From Macrostomum lignano (lineage: Eukaryota): a stretch of 64,000 nt of DNA. Positions within the stretch are counted from its first letter, which is position 1; every line of letters starts with the position of its first letter. This document shows, one piece after another, positions 9,706 to 18,610 of the stretch. The position numbers and the translations under genes are program-made. The notes below the pieces were generated by a model. The model was not told the origin of the DNA. It saw only the letters and a list, made by a program, of their open reading frames with translations, and did no database searches. Location of the stretch: positions 1 through 64,000 of the forward strand of contig NIVC01002235.1 in assembly GCA_002269645.1 (NCBI GenBank), given 5' to 3'.

Positions 9706-12700
9706 TTTTTCTGTTAATCTCTTCCAGTTATCCAAGACTTTTTCCTTGTTTAATTTTTTAAGTTCTTTTGGAAATGTTGCATAATAATTATCTATATCTT
9801 TTTCATATTCTAGAAATGTATTATATTCACAATCACATTCGGATTCGCAATCACAATCGTAATAATAATTATTTATTGCCTCTTTGTATTCATTATATTT
9901 GCTTATTATATCTTCTTTTTGTTTTTTATCTTTTATCATATTTTTTATCTCTTCTTTTAAACCATATGGATATGTTTTAATTTTATCATCTAAATATCTT
10001 TTATCATCAAATGGACTTAATGTTTTTTTATCTGTCTCGATGACAAACATCTGATGCTTATCTGAATTTAATCGATATTGTGGAGCATGATAATTTTCAA
10101 TTGTATTAAGGTAATCTAAAAGTACGTTTTTATAATCATCAAATGTTATCTTTTTAACTGCTGCCCTTGATACCCCTTTTATTTTTTTTACCTCTCCCTC
10201 CTGTCCTAAAACTTTAAATGCATAGCATTTTGATCTTATTGCTATAAACTCGGTTATGATTTTGCTATTTAATTCATCTTTCATTTTAAGTACAACTTTT
10301 TTATTTTGATCTGATTTTAAAGGATGGTTATCCGGATAGTCGGAGGTATCCAGTGTATCCTTAATTTTTTCCATATCTTTATAGACATCGAACCTTTGGT
10401 TCGCGGGCTTTGCACGATCATCTGTTTCAATCTTAAATACCAAACTGTCGGTGTCTGCATATATTGGATAGTTATCTGGCCATGTTTTATTTATAACATC
10501 ATAATAATATTCATACATTACTAGCTTTGCATAATCTAAAACAACCATTCCAATAAATATTGGTTTAAGAAATTTTGTTGTTTTATTTCTCATATGAATA
10601 CCCATAAAGTTATCATCAAATTTTATAAAGTCTTTAAAGTTAGGTTTTGAGAAATATTTCTTTGCTTTATCAATATCCTTTTCTAAATGGAATTGGGTTC
10701 TATCTCTAATATTTTCAACCGTTTTTCCATAAAAAGCATTATTCATTAATTTCCAATAATCTTTCTCAAAATTTGTTTTTGACATCTGTCTCTGATTTGA
10801 ATTAAAGTCAATATATTTAGCTAACCAATCTTCCTCAATAAACGATATTGTTCGATGTACTTTAGACACTTTTAATCCCTGCTTTTCATAAAATTGTAGA
10901 AGCTTATAATGCACTACATAGTTTTTCTTATCATGTAAATTTAATATTAATTTTTTTGTTGCTAGATGTTTTGCATTATCTGCTTTAAGATAATCTTTTT
11001 GTGTTTGTGATAAATCATCTTCATTAACTGAACAATGCTCTGGAGCTAAAGGATATTTATATGTTTTTGCTTTTGCTTCTCGAGTATATTGCAAATCCAC
11101 TTCTACGATACAACCCCTTCCTTCGGGAATATTTTTGTAATAATCGGGGTCATCTTCCCATTGGAAATCAGCTATTGGTAATTTTTGTTTCATACAACCA
11201 CCGTATAAATTGTTTGCATCTAGATATAATACATATGATGATTTTTCTTTTTTATTATAATTTGGTAGATATTTATTATTTACTTTAGTATATCTATCTC
11301 CTAGTACACCCGAGAATCCGCCGCGAATTCCTCTCTCAATCATTAACAACATATCATGATCAGTTAGTAAATCAATCTTAACATCTGTATGTTTCAAACC
11401 ACAAGCCCATGTTAATCCCGGTGCACTGAAACAATATGCGGGATCAATTTTAAAATTCTCATATGTATGATTCATAAAGTTTTCAAATGCATCAGCTAAT
11501 AGGAGAACATCTGCTTTAAGATATAGATTATGATAATCTTTAAATGTTTTACAATTAAAGTATTTCCATACTTTTTGAGCGTGTTCATAATCCGATTCAC
11601 TTATATTTGTTTGTGATAATGTTGAATAAAACTTTTCTATGGGTGGTAATTCGGTATGAAAAAATACGTCTTCAGATGTTACATATTCATATGGATAGAT
11701 GCCCTTACGAGTTAATAGCATTAGTTCTTCCTCGGATAGTTTTTCCTTTTTGAAACGATTCAATAGTATTGGAAAGTTTTTCTTTACTATTTCTAAATCC
11801 CACGGTTTTGGAACAAGTGATGAAACAACATTTGCTAAAGATGTTGATAAGAATCTCAAGGAATCTAGAAAAACTAGATGGGAGTATTTCTTACCATATG
11901 TTATTGATATGTAATTTTCTGATGTTTTAGGTAATATATTTATTTCATATTCATCCTTTCCTAAATGAAGCAATTCTCGAACTAGGAAATGAAAATCATA
12001 TCCGGATCCATTATGAAAAAATACTGGTATTTCCTTACATCCTTTTCCTTCTTTTGCATTACATGATCTACATGCTGCCCTCGATAAATTCCCGTTAGAT
12101 GACAATGTTCTCGTATCTTATTTTTCTTACTTAAATATCTTTTGCACATAAAACAATTTGTTGCATTTTTATAATTGTTTCTATCCTTATCTGTCATAAT
12201 AATATTTTTTGATAATTTATCATATTGATTTTGAATATATTCAAATACATTTACTAATGATTCTGCCATGTGCTTAGCTGCATCATTACCGTGGTAAGTA
12301 ATCATCCTTGATTTAAATATATGATCAGCTACAGAGTGTACATATATACAATAACTATTCGGAAACTGTTGTGCCAATTTTTTTGTGCATTCACCATCAG
12401 ATACTGTTTGTGGTTCTTTTAAGGGAACATTTGTTGCTTCAAAATCAGCATATATTACTATTGGTTTTTTAACTGCCATATAATGTTGTTGGAACATTAG
12501 GGTTGCATCTTCATAAGCTGGCATTATAGCATTAGTAAATTTGTGATCTAAACAAAATCGTTGGTGGTTTTTAAGAGCTGTTTCATCCTTTTTAAATGTG
12601 AAACAATTTCTACATAGTGGATATCTATTTTTATTTTCTTCTAAAAATGAACTAATGTCCTTTATGTATATATAATGTGTTTCATTTTCACGCTGTATGT

Positions 12701-13640
12701 ACAAAAGGTCGATTTGATCTGGTGCTGTTATATCAGTTGCTGGCTTAACAAGATAACACCTTTTCTTATACCATTCTGGATCGGTTAAAATTTCTTCTAG
12801 ATCTTCTGGTTCTTCAATTGTAAACACATTAATATTTAAACCATTCATTTTTTCAATCTTATATATATCATCTATTGCTACTGGGTATGATATGTTTTTC
12901 ATTATTATTTCATCCTCATATTGTCTATAATTATATATTTTATTAATGTGTGATTCTACTTGATTGTGATATTTATGAATTAATAAACACCATAATAAAC
13001 ATTTATTATCTTTATTGTCTGGATTTATAATCATATGTGATTTAAATTTGAGCTTCATATGTGATCGTCCTTTAAGAATTTCTATAGGTGCAATCTTTAC
13101 TATTGCTGAATTACAGGATACAAATATAAACCCAGATCCGTTTTCTGTCATCTTATCTATCCATTCATCAAACTCAGCTTCTATTTGATCGAATTGATTG
13201 TTGTAATTTCCCATTGATAATAATGTTTTATATGATTCTTGTGAAAAGTTATTTATTACTTCAATTTCTGAATTTGCATTAAGAATATTTGGTTTTTTAA
13301 ATTCTGTTTCAACTTCTATTTTATACTTAATTGGCTGTCGTTTGTTATTTGACCTTATAGTGTAATTGTTTAATATGGTCTTTAATTTATCTTTCATTTG
13401 TTTAAAATATTCTTTATAATTTGTATTTATATCTATATCTATATATATTACTTCAGCTCCATTTTGTCCTTGTGGTTGGGAGTTATCAATATCATTTAAT
13501 TGTCTTTCTAAACGTATCTCATTTTCTGCCCTAACTCTAGCTTCTATTTCAGCCCTATCGGCAATTCGTTGTGCTTCGATTTGAGCTATTAATTGTGCTC
13601 TAAGTTCCGGGTTGTCGATTTGAGCTAAAATTGCTTCCAT
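9679..13640 (-). CDS. polB: Protein-primed family B DNA polymerase (~1320 aa), one frameshift at ~12078
   Basis: Adding one G joins EHCHLTGIYRG to AACRSCN (endonuclease-VII-like Zn module). Exo motifs: IYADFEA, HNGSGYDFHF, YLKADV. Pol motifs: YLDANNLYG, KLMNNAFYGK, YADTDS, KGV. Confidence 0.95.
10387..10418 (-). repeat. Double-hairpin mini-element (in frame in polB)
   Basis: Minus strand AT-CGTGCaaaGCCCG-CGAACCaaaGGTTCG-AT. The second hairpin is identical to 7471-7485. Confidence 0.9.
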
Positions 13641-13724
13641 TTTATAGAATAAAATTTATATAATGTTTGAATTATTGATTTTTTAATTTTGTGTTTTTGG
13701 TGTCCAGACCCTCCCCCCAGGAGC

Positions 13725-14747
13725 CTATTCGAGATCTGCTTTTGGTAATAGCAATCCATTGCCCATAACGTTTGAATTTAAGAAAATTCCTGAACCTGCT
13801 TTTGGTCGCATTTCGAGATATAATCCGCTTCCGTCGTGTTTTTCAATGATATTAAAATCTTTTCCTAATTTATTAAAAATTTTCTGAACAGCTGGTCTAA
13901 AATTGGATCCAATATTGTCAAAAAATCCTTTAGCTTTCTCACCCGTTTTTTCTAAAGTTTGGCCAAATTCATGTAGTTTATCTGCGACAACTCCGCTTCC
14001 TTGGGTTGTTCCTTGTAAAAGTAAACCATTGCCATGATTTGATCCTTTTAGTATTAACCCTTTTCCAGCTGATAACCTAGCTTCTGCATTTCTTTTTTGC
14101 TCAGCTGTTGCTGAACTACTATTAATTGTATCGATAAGTTTTTGTTTAAATTGTGCGTCCTGCGTTATTTGCTGTCTTTGAAATTCGGCCTCTCTTTTAG
14201 CTTTTTCGTCCGCAGCTTTTTTGTCATTTACTGCTTTTGCAATTCCAGCTGCTCCGCCAGCAACTCCTCCAGCTGCTCCAATTCCTGCAAAAATTATTGG
14301 GAGCAAAGCTGCAAGGGGCAAGATTCCCCCCTGTTTCGCTCTTAACTCTCCTAGCTGTTTTACATTATCATGAATTCTTTTTCCGGCTAAACCGACTGCT
14401 CCAGCTGCGCCAAGTCCTAAAAGAAGCGGTAGAATGGGTAGTAATCCGCCGTCCTTTTTAGTGTGAGTCTCCATTAAAAATTTCACATCGGAGTCTGTCA
14501 ACCTATAATTTCTGCCGCGATTCTTAAAGGATATTGGCCTTCCTTCTTGTGCATATTTTGCTGCGAGTTTAAATGTATCGATGTCGTAGTCAAACTTTTT
14601 ACCTAATCGATCCAATCTTTTTAACATTGTGTGGGTTTGCTTATTATCATCAAGATTTAAGGTATCTACAATTTCTCCTATAAAATATAGCCGTTTTTCG
14701 TCCCGAAGGGACGCGGGCATAGCCCGATCATCATTAACTGAGTCCAT
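13725..14747 (-). CDS. pX/core-like polyprotein with duplicated GG|(I/L)LP hydrophobic segment and repeated GxG|LxL motifs
   Basis: KDGGLLPILPLLLGLGAAGAVG and KQGGILPLAALLPIIFAGIGAAGGVAG resemble the adenovirus pre-mu (pX) C-terminus GGILPLLIPLIAAAIGAVPG. Repeated motifs: GKGLIL, GNGLLL, GSGLYL, GSGIFL, GNGLLL. Confidence 0.65.
   Translation of the reverse strand: MDSVNDDRAMPASLRDEKRLYFIGEIVDTLNLDDNKQTHTMLKRLDRLGKKFDYDIDTFKLAAKYAQEGRPISFKNRGRNYRLTDSDVKFLMETHTKKDGGLLPILPLLLGLGAAGAVGLAGKRIHDNVKQLGELRAKQGGILPLAALLPIIFAGIGAAGGVAGGAAGIAKAVNDKKAADEKAKREAEFQRQQITQDAQFKQKLIDTINSSSATAEQKRNAEARLSAGKGLILKGSNHGNGLLLQGTTQGSGVVADKLHEFGQTLEKTGEKAKGFFDNIGSNFRPAVQKIFNKLGKDFNIIEKHDGSGLYLEMRPKAGSGIFLNSNVMGNGLLLPKADLE
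14697..14728 (-). repeat. Double-hairpin mini-element (in frame)
   Basis: Minus strand AT-CGGGCtatGCCCG-CGTCCCttcGGGACG-AA. Confidence 0.9.
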
Positions 14748-14757
14748 TTTTATATTG

Positions 14758-15156
14758 TTAAAATTTCTTTAATCCTTTTCCACCTTTAATTGTGGTTAAC
14801 ATTTTATTAAAATCCTGAATATCTTTATTACTTATTGGTGTGCTTTTCGTGGGGGTTTCTGTTGGTTGTGCGGCTTGTGCCAGCTTTAAATCTTTTATTG
14901 CATTGATTTGTGAGAGGGTGTCGTTAAAATCCCTCAATTTCTTTAGTTCTTCTGCTGCTCTAGCTGCTTCAATTCCTCCTTTTACAGCATTTGTTATAGA
15001 ACCTGCTGCGGAGCCTGCTTGCCCTATAAGACCCATATTGTCTTTAACAAAATTCGCTGCTGTTCCAACCACATCAAAAAGACCCTCACCTCGATATTCA
15101 ACTGGGTCTCCTACCTGCAATTCGTTCAGATTTTGCATATGAGTAACGTGTGTCAT
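14758..15156 (-). CDS. Putative pVI-like membrane-active virion protein
   Basis: Likely start at 15156 (AAAAAATG). RGEG|LFDVVGTAANFVKDNMGLIGQAG is a putative cleavage site followed by an amphipathic helix. C-terminal GGKGLKKF. Confidence 0.5.
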   Translation of the reverse strand: MTHVTHMQNLNELQVGDPVEYRGEGLFDVVGTAANFVKDNMGLIGQAGSAAGSITNAVKGGIEAARAAEELKKLRDFNDTLSQINAIKDLKLAQAAQPTETPTKSTPISNKDIQDFNKMLTTIKGGKGLKKF

Positions 15157-15267
15157 TTTTTGTTCTATTTTTAGTAACAGAAAAAAGAGACGAAGTGGAA
15201 GCACAATAGGTTGGGGTAGAATAATAGAACAGTGGGTAGTATAAGAAAAAGAGACGATTTATAACTT

Positions 15268-15405
15268 ATGAATGAAACTCTCGCTACCATATATGGTATT
15301 ATGCCTCCTCTTCATGAATGGGCTAGTATGAAGTTTCATACTACAGAAAAAGACCCTTCGCGCCTGTGGCGCGTGCGACGGGTTATAGAGAATTGGAAGT
15401 GTTAG
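15268..15405 (+). CDS. Possible 45-aa subterminal ORF
   Basis: MNETLATIYGIMPPLHEWASMKFHTTEKDPSRLWRVRRVIENWKC*. Short, with no family recognised. Confidence 0.2.
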   Translation: MNETLATIYGIMPPLHEWASMKFHTTEKDPSRLWRVRRVIENWKC

Positions 15406-15431
15406 AAGTGTTGGGGAGTGTTGGGATGTGT

Positions 15432-15696
15432 AGTAGTGGAGAAAAAGACGAGTACAGATCAGACCTTTTTTAATGGCCGTTTATAAGGTTCTAGAGGGGG
15501 GACACGAGGGGAGTGTTGGGGAGTGTTTGGAAGTGTTGGGAATGATTTTTATTGTTAGGGGGTTTTTAGATGTCTTTTTGTGTTAATGGTGATTAGATGT
15601 GTTTTTTTTATTTACCCCCCGTGTCCCCCCTCTAGACCCTTAAAACGGTCATTAAAAAAGTGCTCTGGGTCTGTACTCGTCTTTTTCTCCACTACT
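15432..15696. repeat. Terminal self-inverted repeat: ~80-bp arms 15432-15511 and 15615-15696
   Basis: Both arms start AGTAGTGGAGAAAAAGACGAGTACAGA (27 nt identical) and continue with imperfect match through TCTAGAGGGGGGACAC. Confidence 0.92.
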
Positions 15697-16150
15697 TGGC
15701 GCCTTGATGCTAAATCTGGCGCCTTGATGCTAGATCTGGCGCCTCGATACTAAATCTGGCGACTCGATACTAGATCTGGCGCCTCGATACTAGATCTGGC
15801 GCCTCGATACTAGATCTGGCGCCTCGATACTAGATCTAGCGTCTAGATTCTAGATTTAGCGCCTCGATACTAGATCTGGCGCCTCGATACTAGATCTGGC
15901 GCCTTGATGCTAGATCTGGCGCCTCGATACTAAATCTGGCGCCTCGATACTAGATCTGGCGCCTCGATACTAGATCTGGCGCCTCGATACTAGATCTGGC
16001 GCCTCAAAACTAGATCTAGCGTCTTGATGCTAGATCTGGTGCCTCGATACTAGATCCAGTGCCTCGATTTTGGGTCTGGCGCTCTGATGCTAAATTACGT
16101 GTAAACTAGTACCGGTACTAGGTCTGGCGGTCTGAAGCTAGAGCTTGCGC
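15697..16150. repeat. 20-bp satellite (TGGCGCCTCGATACTAGATC)n
   Basis: About 20 tandem copies, degenerating rightwards. Confidence 0.95.
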
Positions 16151-16262
16151 ACTGATACTAAAATTATCTTTTATAAGTGCTTAAATACTTCTCTATCCGA
16201 CTCACGCCCGCAGACAACAAAACCTCGGTATCATTAAGCGCCATCGGACAAGATCGAAAAGC

Positions 16263-17597
16263 ATGAGCCCATCGTTGGACACGGCAACCACGGCAGCAAC
16301 AACAGCCGATTGGGCATGGAAACGCAACTTCTACGAGCTGGTGTTCAACTATCTTCCTCCGGCACTGTTGGCAATCGGTCTGGCATCGAATATCTGCGCT
16401 TTCCTGGTGCTTATGCGACCTAAGATGCGTTTTCTAGTTGTCCACCTGCCACTACTGGTTCTGTCTGTAGTTGACTCGATCGCTCTGCTCACCGGACTAT
16501 TGCGTCATTGGTTACGGAAAGCGACGTATTTAGTAGCTGTGGGAGATTTAGATCCTCAAGCTACGTCGCAGACTAGTTGCAAGCTGTTGGAGCTGCTGCT
16601 GTACCTCAGTCTGATGTACTCCTCCTGGCTAGTGACCCTGATCTCTGTTGAACGCTACGTAACCGTCTGTGTACAGCAGCAGAGTCGTGTTCGAGCTTTC
16701 CTCATCTCCCGCCGGGGACTCTGTTGGACAATGTGTTCAGGATTTATCGCCTTGCTCGGCGTTAATCTGCACTTCTTGGCCACTAGAGGCCTAGTATTGC
16801 CCGGGCCGGATTATAACCAGACGTCCACAACAGAATCAGTCACCGTTGAAGATAAGGTCGTCATTGAAGACGACAAGGATGCCGTCTGTAGAAATCTGGA
16901 CCAGCACGAATTCTTTGTTGAAACAGTGTTCCCGATGTTAGACCTCACCTTGACCGCTTTCGTGCCGTTTCTAGTGATTGCGACTTGCAATATTAAAATA
17001 GTTTGCAAGCTGCGCGACGTTAGAAAGAATTCCGGTCTGAGCGCGAGTCAGAGCGCCTTTGGAGGCTATCGAACTACGGTGATGCTGCTGCTGACTACTT
17101 TTGTATTCATTGCATTAACAGCGCCTGTGAAGATCTACCTAACAGTGATTGGAGGCTCTCAACCCAGCGGATTAGATGCCAAGTCAGATCCCAACCGGTT
17201 CTATTCCCATCGGGTAGTTTGGTCCATCATGATTGCGCTGCAGTTCGCCAATCATTGCTGCAATTTCCTACTTTACTGCGCCAGCAATCCGAAGTTTCGC
17301 AGCGAAGCTGTTGGACTTTTCTCAACTTGCTGCTTCTGCTGCAGCGGCAGGCGTTGCAGTTGCTGCTTTTGCAGACTCAACGACGGTAGCAATTATCGGA
17401 ATCAGCGAGCTCTAAGCTACTTGAGCCCGGATGGCTCCGCTGACGAACAACTGGAGGAGCAGCGTCAGAGACGGCGTCAAGACAGTCTGCAATTCCATGG
17501 ACAAGAATTGTCGGCAACTTACTCTGGGCCAGCTTGTACCAACGACAACGACATGCCAATGCGATCAAGGGCGCCCACTGTTCAGTCTGACCACTAA
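16263..17597 (+). CDS. Intronless rhodopsin-class peptide-type GPCR (FMRFamide-receptor-like)
   Basis: Seven hydrophobic segments, GLASNI in TM1, DSIAL in TM2, SVERY, and NHCCNFLLYC in TM7. Confidence 0.9.
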   Translation: MSPSLDTATTAATTADWAWKRNFYELVFNYLPPALLAIGLASNICAFLVLMRPKMRFLVVHLPLLVLSVVDSIALLTGLLRHWLRKATYLVAVGDLDPQATSQTSCKLLELLLYLSLMYSSWLVTLISVERYVTVCVQQQSRVRAFLISRRGLCWTMCSGFIALLGVNLHFLATRGLVLPGPDYNQTSTTESVTVEDKVVIEDDKDAVCRNLDQHEFFVETVFPMLDLTLTAFVPFLVIATCNIKIVCKLRDVRKNSGLSASQSAFGGYRTTVMLLLTTFVFIALTAPVKIYLTVIGGSQPSGLDAKSDPNRFYSHRVVWSIMIALQFANHCCNFLLYCASNPKFRSEAVGLFSTCCFCCSGRRCSCCFCRLNDGSNYRNQRALSYLSPDGSADEQLEEQRQRRRQDSLQFHGQELSATYSGPACTNDNDMPMRSRAPTVQSDH

Positions 17598-17859
17598 AAA
17601 CAATGTGGACATTGGCACCGATTATTTACACAATCGACGCTTTAATAGGCATCCTTTTTATGTTTACTTTGGTATCTACGAGCACTGCTTTTTTCGACAG
17701 TGTTGATATTATTTATCATTCTAATTCTTTTCTGTTTTAGACACAGTTTGTTTGCTTATGAGTAACGTCTGCATAAACTCAGATCGAGTCTTTTTCTCTT
17801 TACCAAAATAATCAGTTCATTTGTTTTCTAGACATTTTTAGTTTGGCTGTGATACTCCG

Positions 17860-18610
17860 CTGACAATTTTCATATCGCAGGCCCGTCTTTTCTGACAATT
17901 TCAGATCTTCAGGTCTGTCTTTTATGACAATTTTTAGATCGCTAGGCCTGTCTTTTATGACAATTCCAGGTCGTCAGGTCTGTCTTTTATGACAATTCCA
18001 GATCGTCAGGTCTGTCTTTTCTGACAATTTTCAGATCGTAGGCCCGTATTTTCTGAGAATTTCAGATCGTCAGGTCTATCTTTTCTGACAATTATAGATC
18101 GTCAGGTCTGTCTTTTCTGACAATTCCAGGTCGTCAGGTCTGTCTTTTCTGACAATTCCAGATTGTCAGGTCTGTCTTTTCTGACAATTCCAAACCGTCA
18201 GGTCTATCTTTTCTGACAATTCCAGATCGTCAGGTCTGTCTTTTCTGACAATTCCAAATCGTCAGGTCTATCTTTTCTGACAATTCTAAATCGTCAGGCC
18301 TGTCTTTTCTGACAATTTCAGATCGTCAGGCCTGTCTTTTCTGACAATTTCAGATCGTCAGGCCCGTCTTTTCTGACAATTCCAGATCGTCAGGCCTGTC
18401 TTTTCTGAGAATTTCAGATCGTCAGGCCCGTCTTTACTGACAATTCCAGATCGTCAGGTCTGTCTTTTCTGACAATTCCAAATCGTCAGGTCTGTCTTTT
18501 CTGACAATTCCAAATCGTCAGGTCTGTCTTTTTTGACAATTCCAGATCGTCAGGTCTGTCTTTTCTGACAATTCCAAATCGTCAGGCCTGTCTTTTCTGA
18601 CAATTTTCAG
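17860..18610. repeat. 32-bp minisatellite
   Basis: Unit aattccagatcgtcaggtctgtcttttctgac. Confidence 0.95.

Larger units (their letters stand above)
300..15696. mobile_element. Endogenous Polinton/Maverick (adintovirus-like) element, right portion; left end not identified
   Basis: Compact, intronless, AT-rich gene cluster with pPolB, MCP, penton, ATPase and protease. It ends at ...TTTTTCTCCACTACT (15696), the reverse complement of the AGTAGT terminus typical of Polintons, followed by an abrupt switch to host satellite. The left coordinate is approximate. Confidence 0.93.

Noticed and set aside
12078-12105. Programmed ribosomal frameshift in polB
   Set aside because: No slippery heptamer is evident, and similar single-base indels disrupt most viral genes, so error or decay is more parsimonious.
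1726-14461. Antisense ORFs overlapping viral genes (1726, 5546, 6117, 6539, 9768, 10324, 11061, 14142, 14237)
   Set aside because: They are shadows of the real genes on the opposite strand or frame, with no motifs and no start context.
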